This document shows, piece after piece, positions 28,227 through 42,625 of a stretch of DNA of 64,000 bases. Origin of the DNA: Pseudomonadota bacterium (GTDB lineage Bacteria > Pseudomonadota > Alphaproteobacteria > Rickettsiales > SXRF01); NCBI GenBank assembly GCA_963205195.1, contig CAUJHR010000008.1, positions 2,329 to 66,328 of the forward strand, read 5' to 3'. Position numbers and translations under genes: made by a program. Under the pieces are notes generated by a model that did not search any database, was not told where the DNA came from, and was given only the letters and a program-made list of their open reading frames with translations. The stretch's first letter is position 1, and each line of letters begins with the position of its first letter.

Positions 28227-28486
28227 TGGATATTAAGCTCACCCTTGCAGTAAACAAACTTGGCAGGAGTAATAATTTCTGTACTGGCAACCGTTACTGA
28301 ATGCAGCTTGCCATCAATCTTTTTCTCCCAGAAATTAAGAAATTTATTTAGAACAGGGTATCTAGGAGCAATGTCTAAGTCCTGCCATAGGAAGGTTTGC
28401 AGCAACATTGGGTAGTCAGGCAGGTGATATAGAATTTCAGCGGTTGTAAGCCGGTAATCTTTAAGCATCATATTAAAGTCAGACAT
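28223..28486 (-). CDS. Usg-family protein
   Basis: 87 aa. YRLTTAEILYHLPDYPMLLQTFLWQDLDIAPRYPVLNKFLNFW matches the alphaproteobacterial Usg family pattern. Confidence 0.7.
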   Translation of the reverse strand: MSDFNMMLKDYRLTTAEILYHLPDYPMLLQTFLWQDLDIAPRYPVLNKFLNFWEKKIDGKLHSVTVASTEIITPAKFVYCKGELNIH

Positions 28487-28584
28487 ATCATCCCTCCTGG
28501 ATTAATTATAGGCGCCTGATTTAACTATAGCAAATTTACCAAGTATTTTCAGCAATTTAAGATGATATCAGGCCATTTAAATTT

Positions 28585-28613
28585 CTGGCATTTTTGCAAA
28601 AAACTGATATAAT
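28585..28613 (+). promoter_or_regulatory. Candidate sigma70 promoter for tRNA-Lys
   Basis: cTGgCA - 17 nt - TATAAT, about 65 nt upstream of the tRNA 5' end. Confidence 0.35.
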
Positions 28614-28680
28614 ATTTTCCCTGAAATAAATTATTTACATTCCCAGCAAATAGAATACATAAAGCAAGCCCTTGTGCTTT

Positions 28681-28756
28681 GGGCCGTTAGCTCAGTTGGT
28701 AGAGCGGTTGACTCTTAATCAATAGGTCACTGGTTCGACCCCAGTACGGCCCACCA
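28681..28756 (+). tRNA. tRNA-Lys (anticodon CUU)
   Basis: I folded the cloverleaf by hand. Acceptor GGGCCGT/ACGGCCC, D arm GCTC..GAGC, anticodon stem GTTGA/TCAAT with loop CTCTTAA, T arm ACTGG-TTCGACC-CCAGT, and an encoded CCA. Confidence 0.9.
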
Positions 28757-28860
28757 CCCTTCGCCCTTACGGGCTTCAGGTGGCTGGCGCCCGCCAGACA
28801 ACCGAAATCGTTAGGCCGAAGGAGTGCCCCTCGAAGCTCACATAGTGAGCGTAGTGGGAC
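28757..28860. other. GC-rich structured intergenic element abutting tRNA-Lys
   Basis: By hand count 65 of 104 nt are G or C, in an otherwise AT-rich locus. Hairpins: gccc-ttac-gggc (GUAA tetraloop if read on the minus strand), ctggcg-cc-cgccag and gctcac-ata-gtgagc. No family recognised. Confidence 0.3.
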
Positions 28861-28869
28861 TATAAATCA

Positions 28870-29247
28870 TTACACCAATATATCGGTGTGGGATTTTTTT
28901 ATGGCGTCGGCCTTTATTTTTTCTTCGATCTCACGCTTCATCTGCTCCATAAGCTTTTGTTTTTCATCGGCTGGCATGCTATCGAATTCCTCTTTGCTTA
29001 TGCCATGCTGCTTAAGCCATGCATACTGCATACGCTCGCCGGGAGTCATTTTCATATAATCCCTGAATTCCTGTACCGCGTCATATTTGCTTTCAGCAAT
29101 GCTGGCAACTGTATCTGCCGCCGGGGGCTGGTAAGAATTATCCGCGCCTAAGGCATTTTGGAAAAAATTGGTAGGAATATCCTGCCCGTTTGTTTTATCT
29201 TTTAGAGCGCTTAATGCATAAGCCGTCGAATAGCCTGTTATCTGCAT
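28870..29247 (-). CDS. Hypothetical protein
   Basis: 125-aa ORF between the two tRNAs. AGGGGA lies upstream of the ATG. Charged C-terminal half (EEFDSMPADEKQKLMEQMKREIEEKIK). No family recognised. Confidence 0.55.
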   Translation of the reverse strand: MQITGYSTAYALSALKDKTNGQDIPTNFFQNALGADNSYQPPAADTVASIAESKYDAVQEFRDYMKMTPGERMQYAWLKQHGISKEEFDSMPADEKQKLMEQMKREIEEKIKADAIKKSHTDILV

Positions 29248-29346
29248 AATATCCCCTTTTCAAATTTACATACCGTATAATGACTTATGTAATATTTATG
29301 CAATTATTATACCATTGCAGATAAATAGCTAAATTGATACTGGGGT

Positions 29347-29422
29347 TGGTGCCGCCTAGGTGACTCGAACACCCGACCCCCGCATTACGAATGCGGTGCT
29401 CTACCAACTGAGCTAAGGCGGC
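29347..29422 (-). tRNA. tRNA-Thr (anticodon CGU)
   Basis: The reverse complement folds as GCCGCCT..AGGCGGC acceptor, anticodon stem CCGCA/TGCGG with loop TTCGTAA, T arm GGGTG-TTCGAGT-CACCT, and an encoded CCA. Confidence 0.9.
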
Positions 29423-29493
29423 ATATACAAGCAGACCCGACTAATTAACGGCAAAAACTCATAATTGCAATAAATTCATTGGATGCGGTAAAA

Positions 29494-31229
29494 TCAGGAA
29501 ACCACGCAACATTTAGTTTCCAACCACTCGCGTTCTTTTCCATCAAGCAGCGGCGAAAGCTCACTCTTCACCCATTCATGGTAACTATTAAGCCATTTCT
29601 TCTCTGCATCAGTGAGAATTGAAGAATCAATAAGATTTATATCTATCGGGGCACAGGTTATAGTTTCAAAACCAAAAAACTGACGTCCGGTTTCACCAAC
29701 TGATTTTTCCACTACCGCAACTAAATTCTCAATGCGGATTCCATATCCACCCGATTTATAATAGCCCGGCTCGTTTGATATAACCATGCCCGGCGCAATC
29801 GGCTCGCCTCCAGCCCTTTTGCTTATGCCCTGGGGTCCTTCGTGCACACCAAGGAAACAACCAACACCGTGCCCTGTGCCATGGTCGTAATCCAAGCCTT
29901 TCTGCCATAAATATTGCCGCGCAAGCACATCTAGCTGCGAACCGCATGTCCCTTGCGGGAACTGTGCGGTTGCCAACGCGATATGCCCTTTGAGCACGCT
30001 GGTAAAACGATCCTTATGCTCAGAAGTCGGCGTACCGATTGCCACTGTACGGGTTATGTCGGTAGTTCCATCATAATACTGGCCGCCGGAATCAAGCAGG
30101 AATAGCTCGCCTTGCTGCAAGTTTCGGTTACTCTCCCTGCTAGCGCGGTAATGTACAATCGCCCCATGCTCACCACTTCCGGCTATAGTGTCAAAGCTTG
30201 GTTCAACGAATAGATCATTTTGCTTACGGAATAATAGTAGTTTATCTACCACATCAATTTCGCTTACGGTTTTTTGTGAATCCAGCCAGCAAAGCAGCTT
30301 CACAACTGCCACCCCGTCACGGATATGAGCTTTTTTCATTCCTGAGATTTCCGTACTATTCTTCATTGCTTTAGGAAGCATGCATGGATCTTTGGCATCA
30401 AGAATTTTTATGTTTGCCTCATTGAATAACCCAGTTATGTAAACAGGTGTTGCCTGCAGGTCGCACAGCATTGTTTTTTGCGAAAATATACGTAGTTCAG
30501 CTTGCAAATTGTCAGCAGCACAGATTTTTACATCATCCCCCATATGCACTCTCACATCATTATCTAAACGTGATGAATCTACAAATAATTGCACCTTACC
30601 GAACTTATCAAGTATAGCAAATGCAAGGCACAGCGGAGTATTTTCAACATCACGAGCGCGGATATTTAAAAGCCAGCACACGCTCTCCGGCGCTGCAATG
30701 AAAGCTGCTTCTGCGCCTGATTTTCTTATGGTATGAGAAATACGGTCACGCTTCTCCTTTGAGCTTTCACCGCTATATTTTATATCATGCGCGAATATTT
30801 TTGTTGCGGGTGCTGATGGACGACCTTCCCAAAGTCTATCAATCAGGTTATCAGTAGAAATAGTTTTGAATGCAGAAAATTTATCAAGCATCGGCTTGGT
30901 ATAAAGCTTGGGGTCATAACCGATTTTAGACCCAGGTTTAAGCTGCTGTGCCAGCCAATCCTGCGGGCTTATATCTGCGCTATTTAATATCTCATATTCT
31001 TTCCCAACCTGTCCGCGTGCCTGCAAAGTATAACGGCCATCGGTAAACAACGCCGCTTTATCCATAAGCACTAAAACCATACCAGCGGAACCTGAAAAAC
31101 CGGTAAGCCATTCAAGGCGGCGGTTGCTAGCAGGAGGATATTCTCCCAACCACTCATCATGCACGCTTTGCAGATAGGCATCAACGCCTTTTGCCGCCAT
31201 TAACTTCCTGAGTTTTTCTATTTTTTCGC

Positions 31230-31233
<4 letters not shown>
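29494..31233 (-). CDS. pepP: Xaa-Pro aminopeptidase (M24B, aminopeptidase P family)
   Basis: M24 metal-ligand regions FLLDSGGQYYDGTTDITRT, HGTGHGVG, ISNEPGYY and IRIEN. I prefer the start at 31233 (MSEKIEKLRKLM), which gives an ATGA overlap with the prmA stop. The track start at 31332 would overlap prmA by 100 nt. Confidence 0.85.
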
Positions 31234-35862
<4,629 letters not shown>

Positions 35863-35877
35863 AACTAAGTTCTGCTC

Positions 35878-36792
35878 CTACGGTATTATACGTTCCCACC
35901 AGGAAGTAGGCTTTACAGAATTTTCAAGCCCTGGCTTTTCTGCCTGCTGCTCAGAAGTTTTTTGCTGCTGCGCTGTTTTAAGTTCTACAGGCTTGGCTTC
36001 CAGTTGCGCGACGTTAGCTGTTTTTTTTGTTTTTTGCGTGCCAACCCCAGTCATAAGCTTATAGCTATCGCGGTACCATACGTTATTAGGGAAATTATGT
36101 CCAAGAACTGCTGCATATCGGTACGCTTCCTCTGTAATACCAAGCTTCAGATATGCCTCTACAAGACGGTGCAACGCTTCAGGTACATGGCTGGTGGTTT
36201 GATAGTTTTCCACAACATAGCGGAAACGATTAACTGCAGCTATAGTATCATCATGGCGCAGGTAATAACGCCCAACCTGCATTTCCTTGCCAGCCAGATG
36301 GTCAAGCGTCAGGTCAACCTTGATTTTAGCATCACGCGCATAATCTGAATCAGGGAAGCGGCGTACTACTTCGCGCAGAGCAGTTAAAGCCTGCTCAGTT
36401 ATTTTCTGGTCACGCCCCACATCGGAGATTTGCTCATAATAGCAAAGCCCGATCAGGTAATATGCGTAGGGAGTGGATTCGCTGTTGGGCGATAATTTTA
36501 CAAAGCGCTCAAGTGTGGCGATAGCCGAATCATAATCCTCAATATTATAGCTGGCATAAGCAGACATTACCTGCGCGTTGTTGGCTAGGGGGGAGTATGG
36601 GTGCTGGCGCTCGACTTCTTCAAACCCTTTAATGGATTCCTTGTAATCCCTTTCATCCATTTTATTGCGGGCGTCATTATATAGCTTCTCAGCGCTCTCA
36701 AGAGGCTTCTGCGTGGCATCATCATCCTTGCTTGAACAAGAGGCAAGAAATGCGACAACTGGAATCAATAATAAAATTTTAAAATTCTGCAT
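35878..36792 (-). CDS. bamD: Outer membrane protein assembly factor BamD
   Basis: Lipobox FLASC and TPR-like repeats (YPYSPLANNAQVMSAYASY ...). Conserved position between lpxC and recN in alphaproteobacteria. Confidence 0.85.
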   Translation of the reverse strand: MQNFKILLLIPVVAFLASCSSKDDDATQKPLESAEKLYNDARNKMDERDYKESIKGFEEVERQHPYSPLANNAQVMSAYASYNIEDYDSAIATLERFVKLSPNSESTPYAYYLIGLCYYEQISDVGRDQKITEQALTALREVVRRFPDSDYARDAKIKVDLTLDHLAGKEMQVGRYYLRHDDTIAAVNRFRYVVENYQTTSHVPEALHRLVEAYLKLGITEEAYRYAAVLGHNFPNNVWYRDSYKLMTGVGTQKTKKTANVAQLEAKPVELKTAQQQKTSEQQAEKPGLENSVKPTSWWERIIP

Positions 36793-36855
36793 ATCCCGGT
36801 TTTATATCAGGCAAATATGCACTCACACAAGATAAAATTCATTTAGGGGAATATT

Positions 36856-37800
36856 TTAAGCGTATGCCCTATTTGCAGCACGCGCAGCAGGAATCATAGG
36901 GGCAACGGCATCTTCACTTTCAATTATATAAGCAGAATCATCGGCAAATAATGCACGCAGCAACATGTTATTTATAGCATGGCCCGGACGGGTAACAGTT
37001 ACGATGCCATCTATACGGGCACCAGCCAGGAACAAATCACCAACGCAATCAAGGGCTTTATGGCGCACGAATTCGTCGGAATAACGCAATCCTTCCTGAT
37101 TAAGGATAGAATCCTTACCAACTACAACCGCATTATCCAAAGAACCGCCAAGAGCCAGCCCCATAGAACGGAGTGCAATAACTTCATGTTCGAATCCAAA
37201 GGTACGGGCGCGGCTTACACTTTGCTTAAATGTAGCATCACGGAAATCATACTCAGCCCTTTGCCTGCCTATAAGTGTATGGTTAAAATCAATCTCTATA
37301 TTAAGAAGCATGCCACTATCGCCTTCCTTATTAGGAGAAATACGCGCATGGTTGTCGCCGTCATGGATTTCGACGTCCTTAAGGATACGAAGTATCCGGC
37401 GCGGAGCAGCCAAATTAGTTATGCCGGCACATTCCAGCATAAACACAAAAGGTTCTGAACTTCCATCCATAATAGGAACCTCAGGGCCATCCAGTTCAAT
37501 TAAAGCATTATCTATACCAACTCCCCACAGGGCAGCCATTAAATGCTCGATAGTAGAAACGGTAACTCCGTCAGCATTACGAATAGTTGTGCCAAGATTG
37601 GTTTCACATACAGCGTCAAAACGAGCTGGAACCAAAGACTTCGTACCTGTTATATCAATACGCTTAAAAACAATACCGCTTCCAACAGCGGCTGGAAGTA
37701 TATTCATTACAACCTGCTTACCGCTATGAAGCCCAACACCTTGGCAGGAAACTTTGTTGCTTACCGTGGTCTGGCGGGATATTACCTGTTTATTTATCAC
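36856..37800 (-). CDS. lpxC: UDP-3-O-acyl-N-acetylglucosamine deacetylase
   Basis: QGVGLHSG, TIEHLMAAL, EVPIMDGSS, and HKALDCVGDLFLAG ... GHA. Confidence 0.95.
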   Translation of the reverse strand: MINKQVISRQTTVSNKVSCQGVGLHSGKQVVMNILPAAVGSGIVFKRIDITGTKSLVPARFDAVCETNLGTTIRNADGVTVSTIEHLMAALWGVGIDNALIELDGPEVPIMDGSSEPFVFMLECAGITNLAAPRRILRILKDVEIHDGDNHARISPNKEGDSGMLLNIEIDFNHTLIGRQRAEYDFRDATFKQSVSRARTFGFEHEVIALRSMGLALGGSLDNAVVVGKDSILNQEGLRYSDEFVRHKALDCVGDLFLAGARIDGIVTVTRPGHAINNMLLRALFADDSAYIIESEDAVAPMIPAARAANRAYA

Positions 37801-38045
37801 TATATTTTCCTATTATATTTAAGCATTACATTAGTTAGTCTTAAACTACGATTTAACGTAATGGTTTTCAAATCACTGTTTGTTACGTTTTATTACATAA
37901 ACGAAAAATTAACCTTTCTGCCCCAAAGCATTAAATTATCATTTATAAACAATATGTAATAAAATAAGCCTATAAAAGCTATTTTCATCTTCCGGGGCAG
38001 GAATTTTAGCCACTTAATTATATTTCAACTAAACAGGGGAAAAAT

Positions 38046-38468
38046 ATGACTACATTCCTTGCATTAATTCCTGCTATTTCGCAATTACTCGATAAAATTA
38101 TCCCTAACCCCGAGGAACGGGAAAAAGCAAAAATAGAATTAATAAAAGCTGAACGCGCATCTGATATCGAAGAATTAAGAATTGCTATTAGTGCCGACCA
38201 GATGCAGGCCGACATAAACAAGGCAGAAGCCGCCAGCAATAACTTATTTATTGCAGGCTGGCGGCCATTTATCGGCTGGGTATGCGGAGTAGCATTTGCT
38301 TACCATTTTATAATACAACCTGTTTTAGCATTTGCTATTGCCAATAATGGAGGAAAAGCTGAACTCCCAACCTTCGATATGCAGAGCTTATCAACCGTTT
38401 TGATGGGCATGCTTGGGCTTGGAGGCTTACGAACAATAGAAAAAATAAAAGGAAGCTACAAAGAATAA
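38046..38468 (+). CDS. 3TM-type holin (phage/GTA holin family)
   Basis: LLDKIIPNPEEREKAKIELIKA ... INKAEAASNNLFIAGWRPFIGWVCGVAFAYHFIIQPVL matches the 3TM holin family pattern. GGGGAAAA RBS. Confidence 0.65.
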   Translation: MTTFLALIPAISQLLDKIIPNPEEREKAKIELIKAERASDIEELRIAISADQMQADINKAEAASNNLFIAGWRPFIGWVCGVAFAYHFIIQPVLAFAIANNGGKAELPTFDMQSLSTVLMGMLGLGGLRTIEKIKGSYKE

Positions 38469-38607
38469 TATATTGTGATGCCTTACCTCAAGGGAATAGC
38501 TAGAATTTTCCTGGCCAAAACGATATCCATATTTGGATATTAATAGATTGTTGTAAAAAGGGTGATAAAATAATCTTAAATTTAATGCCTACTAATAAGA
38601 AGGCCTT

Positions 38608-39342
38608 GTGACGATGGTTAATAAATACTTCCTCACCCGCTGGGATGCTTTGAAAATCATCGCCCTGCTACTGATGTTCATTGACCATGCAGGGCATTTT
38701 TATTTTCATAATGAATTATGGCTGCGCGCCATTGGCCGCACATGCGCGCCAATATTCTTTTTTCTCTCCGGGTTTGCGCCACATTACCGTTTTAATACAC
38801 GGCTTATGCTGTTTGCTATCATACTTACTATTCTTGATTGGGGAATGCAGAACCAGATAAGCACATTGAATATACTGTTTACTATTATACTAGGCCGCGC
38901 CATTCTTGGCTGGCTGGAACGCCATAATTCTAATCCTTTAAAGTTATATGAATGGGTTATCGGGTGTATAGCATTATCAACAAGCGTTTTTATTACTCAA
39001 TATGGCTCATTGGGTTTTCTATTTATGCTTGCAGGCTTTATTTACAGGCATAAATTACAATACCACCAGAACACGCCATCACGGTTTTTGATAGTGGTGA
39101 CGCTGATATACGCAATTGCCGTATGCCTTCTTGGTAACTATGAAATCAGCAGGTGGTTTATAGTCGGAATAGGTTTTGTATTAATTAACGCCCTTCTACG
39201 CTGGTTCGCGCGGGAACCAACAGGCCAATTGCCATGCAGTACCTATTTTGCGAAAGCACTACTTCCTCTTTCTTGGTATACAGCAGAAATCTACACGGGA
39301 CATATTATAATACTGATTCTACTTACAGGGCATAAGCTTTAA
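38608..39342 (+). CDS. TraX-family membrane protein
   Basis: DALKIIALLLMFIDHAGHFYF at the N-terminus (TraX motif) and multiple TM helices. GTG at 38608 or ATG at 38614. Confidence 0.6.
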   Translation: MTMVNKYFLTRWDALKIIALLLMFIDHAGHFYFHNELWLRAIGRTCAPIFFFLSGFAPHYRFNTRLMLFAIILTILDWGMQNQISTLNILFTIILGRAILGWLERHNSNPLKLYEWVIGCIALSTSVFITQYGSLGFLFMLAGFIYRHKLQYHQNTPSRFLIVVTLIYAIAVCLLGNYEISRWFIVGIGFVLINALLRWFAREPTGQLPCSTYFAKALLPLSWYTAEIYTGHIIILILLTGHKL

Positions 39343-39380
39343 TCTGTATAAATTTAGAATCACCATGCAAAATCTCAATA

Positions 39381-40055
39381 TCACAGGGTAAATGGCATTG
39401 TCTTACGCATATCACTTTCAAGTATTTCCAACTCTGAAGATAGGCGCTTCGCTTTTTCCCTAGCGCCCGGGCCAGATAATGAAGCCAGGATCTTTTTAGT
39501 ATTATCTACCATAATATAAGCCGCATCCCTTTGGCGGCTATCAATAAAAAATTTTATCAGTTGAAGATCCAACCCTATTTCATTTTCAGCAGGCAATTTT
39601 TTATTATTAACGGCAGATATAGCCATTTCCGCTGATTTATTAATAACATCAGTAATATGGATATTATGTAATACTGACTTATTTTCTGCAAGCTGGCTCA
39701 ATGTTTCAAGAAGCTCTGGAAATTCTGCATTATCCGCTGCTGCTGGTATCAACAGATATGACTGGCGCATATCATGTTCACCTGCGCTTTTATATTCCAA
39801 TACAAGTAAAGCCTGGGGCTTAGCATCAAAACTCAGGCCCGTATCATAATCAGGAAGTGTATCTTTTACTTCTGACTGTTCCTGCTCATCGGAAGGCTTA
39901 ATGTTTTTTACGTTACTTTCTGGCTTGCTTTTTGCTGTTTTTATATACTTTGGATGTTTTGCTACCTTCGGTGCGTCGTTACAACCAGAAAGGCTTGCAG
40001 CAAGACTCAAGCATATAAAAAGACGGATAAGCTTGCAGCACAATGATGTGTTCAT
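39381..40055 (-). CDS. Hypothetical lipoprotein
   Basis: Signal peptide plus lipobox LSGC. No family recognised. Confidence 0.6.
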   Translation of the reverse strand: MNTSLCCKLIRLFICLSLAASLSGCNDAPKVAKHPKYIKTAKSKPESNVKNIKPSDEQEQSEVKDTLPDYDTGLSFDAKPQALLVLEYKSAGEHDMRQSYLLIPAAADNAEFPELLETLSQLAENKSVLHNIHITDVINKSAEMAISAVNNKKLPAENEIGLDLQLIKFFIDSRQRDAAYIMVDNTKKILASLSGPGAREKAKRLSSELEILESDMRKTMPFTL

Positions 40056-40224
40056 AACTCCTCCTGGAATGATACCAGCTATAATTTAAAATAAACTATA
40101 GTATCTATGATAGTTACGCAAATAAGAATAATATTGTAATAATTGGCAATCTACTGTGATAGCCAGAAAATTATAGCTTTTTTATACTGTATCCTACATT
40201 TTGTCAGATTAACTATGGTAAGAT

Positions 40225-42231
40225 ATGCCTACTGAAAAAAACAGCTCATCCTCCCGTCAGCTTATTATTGTCTATATGGAAGACCACCCAAAGACAATAA
40301 TGTTATTGCGTGCCGCGAAAAGACGGGCTGCAGAAAGACAATGCAAATGGTGTGCCGTTTTTATAGCAACGCCAGTAGAACCACAAAATATTGATGAACA
40401 AGCGAAAGAGAGAATCGCAAGGCTTAGGTCAATGGCTACGCAAATGGGCGGCGAAACAATATATTTTGAAGCCGAAACCCAAGAGAAAGGGATGGCAACA
40501 ATTCTTGAAAAGGAAAAAACACGCCTTGAATTGGTAATGATAGGCGGAACACATAACAAAGTAAAGAAATCAATATTTTTAAGCAACCCTTCCTGGCTTA
40601 ATATAGCACAAGTGGCAAGCCGTTATACCCAAGTTGAGATTGTGCAATTGATTGGCCAGCCATACAAAACCAGTATTAAAGAAAAATTTTATGTACATAT
40701 AGTTCGAATTGAATATGCAATTTATGCTTTAGTTGCAGTTGGATTCGCATACTTATCGGCACTTATACTGCAGGCAATCCTACCTCCTGCCCTATTCCGT
40801 ATAAATGACCAAAATGTAGGTTTATTATTCATGATAGCCTGCGCGTTTGTGGCTGGACGCTATGGACTTATGTCAGGACTTGTAGCATCGGTAGCAAGCT
40901 TTCTTACTGTAAATTATTATTTTACACTTCCCTACCATACACTGAAATTGGAAACTGTTACCGACCTACTTAATATGGGGTTGTTTTTATTCGCAGCTCT
41001 CCTGATTTCCTTATTTACCAGCCAGACCAGAGGCTATGCACAAAAAGCCACGCAACAGGAACGAGGCACCCAGGCATTATTTACCCTATACAGGATAGCA
41101 TCGGAATCACATTCACGTGAAGAAGCGCTGTCAACATTACAAAGAAGGCTTGAGATGATGCTGGAAGTAACTGTGGCATTCTTCACGCCTTCTGTAATGT
41201 ACCAATCTAATATTGAGCCGGCATTTCCTGATAACATTAAACTCGATGAGGCTGACCGCAAAGCACTTAATGAAAGCTGGAGTGAAATGAAAACTACTGG
41301 ACTAGGCTCGCCATTTAATCCGGGCACTATGTGGCGCTTCGAGCCTATGATCTCATCAGTCGGAGAAGTAGGGATACTTGGTGTTAGGCCACATGGCAAA
41401 AAGCAGCTTGATGCATGGTTTTGCAGGTTACTTACTGCCATTGCTGACCAGACCGCCACTATATTACAGCATATAAGGCTGGAACGCTCTATGGAAGAAG
41501 CGCGTATGCGTGAGGAAAGGGAAAAACTCCGCTCCATGCTGCTTTCAAGTGTATCGCATGATTTTAAAACCCCACTTGCAGGAATAATTGGGGCACTAAG
41601 TGTTTTCAGGAGCCTTGGAAGCAAATTGCCTCAGGCTAAACGCGAAGAATTGATCGAAACCGCTATTGAAGAAGCATTACGCCTGGACAGTTTCATAACC
41701 AATATCCTTGATATGACGCGCCTTGAAAGTGGCAGTGTAAATTTTAGGATGGAATGGTACCACGCAGAAGGCATGGTAGAAAATGTAATCCGCAGAATGC
41801 ATACACGCTGCAGCAAGCATGTTGTTATCATAAAGCCCTGCCCTGAAGATATTGAAGTATGTATGGATACTTTAATGACCGAGCAGGTTTTGCAGAATGT
41901 AATAGATAATGCCTGCAAATATACAAAACCTGGAACATCGATAGAAATAAGCTGTGAAATTGATAATCAAATAGGTTTTTTATGTAAAATACGTGATCAT
42001 GGAATGGGCATACCAAGCCAGAAGCTTGGGCTTATTTTTGATAAATATACCAGGCTGGAAAAGAAAGATACGCAAGTCGCCGGAACTGGTCTTGGGCTTG
42101 CAATAGCCAAGGCGGTTATGGAAGCACAAGGCGGATGGATCTCTGCAGAAAACCATAAAGATGGAGGAGCTTTATTCACTATATGCCTACCTAAGTGGCG
42201 GCGTTCTAATGAAAAATATAATGAGGAATGA
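40225..42231 (+). CDS. KdpD-like sensor histidine kinase lacking the N-terminal KdpD domain
   Basis: USP-like N-terminus, a four-helix membrane block (DUF4118-like), H-box SHDFKTPLAGI, and G-box [10 protein letters not shown]. At 668 aa it is about 200 aa shorter than canonical KdpD. Confidence 0.8.
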   Translation: MPTEKNSSSSRQLIIVYMEDHPKTIMLLRAAKRRAAERQCKWCAVFIATPVEPQNIDEQAKERIARLRSMATQMGGETIYFEAETQEKGMATILEKEKTRLELVMIGGTHNKVKKSIFLSNPSWLNIAQVASRYTQVEIVQLIGQPYKTSIKEKFYVHIVRIEYAIYALVAVGFAYLSALILQAILPPALFRINDQNVGLLFMIACAFVAGRYGLMSGLVASVASFLTVNYYFTLPYHTLKLETVTDLLNMGLFLFAALLISLFTSQTRGYAQKATQQERGTQALFTLYRIASESHSREEALSTLQRRLEMMLEVTVAFFTPSVMYQSNIEPAFPDNIKLDEADRKALNESWSEMKTTGLGSPFNPGTMWRFEPMISSVGEVGILGVRPHGKKQLDAWFCRLLTAIADQTATILQHIRLERSMEEARMREEREKLRSMLLSSVSHDFKTPLAGIIGALSVFRSLGSKLPQAKREELIETAIEEALRLDSFITNILDMTRLESGSVNFRMEWYHAEGMVENVIRRMHTRCSKHVVIIKPCPEDIEVCMDTLMTEQVLQNVIDNACKYTKPGTSIEISCEIDNQIGFLCKIRDHGMGIPSQKLGLIFDKYTRLEKKDTQVAGTGLGLAIAKAVMEAQGGWISAENHKDGGALFTICLPKWRRSNEKYNEE

Positions 42232-42244
42232 AAGGATAGAACGT

Positions 42245-42625
42245 ATGTTATTAGAAAATAAGCATATCGTAGCAATAGATGATACGCATTCCATTCTTAC
42301 GTTCCTTAGAATTTCCCTTGAAGCAATGGGGGCTACTTTTGCTGGTGCAGCAACAGCCTCCGGCGGAATGGCAATGTGCGAAAGCGAATCCCCTGACCTT
42401 GTAATACTAGACCTGGGGCTTCCAGATCATGAGGGCTTTGATATATTACCCCGAATCAAACGACTAAAGAAGAATAAATCTATGCCAGTAGTTGTGCTCA
42501 CAGTACGCAAGGAGCAGGAATCAAGGGAAAAGGCAAAAGAATTAGGGGCCGATGCTTATATAACAAAGCCCTTTATAATGGATAATCTTGTTGAGGTGAT
42601 TAAGGGTGCCCTACAGGTAAAGTAA
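42245..42625 (+). CDS. Single-domain response regulator (REC only)
   Basis: IVAIDD ... DLVILDLGLPDHEG ... ITKPF. I prefer the ATG at 42245 (AAAGGA 8 nt upstream) over the track start at 42161, which overlaps the kinase. Confidence 0.75.
   Translation: MLLENKHIVAIDDTHSILTFLRISLEAMGATFAGAATASGGMAMCESESPDLVILDLGLPDHEGFDILPRIKRLKKNKSMPVVVLTVRKEQESREKAKELGADAYITKPFIMDNLVEVIKGALQVK

Noticed and set aside
28586-28598. Sigma54-like sequence TGGCATTTTTGCA upstream of tRNA-Lys.
   Set aside because: The GG and GC elements are separated by 7 nt rather than the required 10. A sigma70-type -35/-10 pair fits the same region better.
28757-28860. The GC-rich element as SRP (4.5S) RNA, a tmRNA piece or RNase P RNA.
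   Set aside because: I compared it by eye on both strands with the conserved SRP helix-8 motif (GGUCCGGAAGGAAGCAGCC), tmRNA tRNA-like ends and the RNase P core. AGGCCGAAGGAG is only superficially similar and does not form the required GNAR-capped helix.
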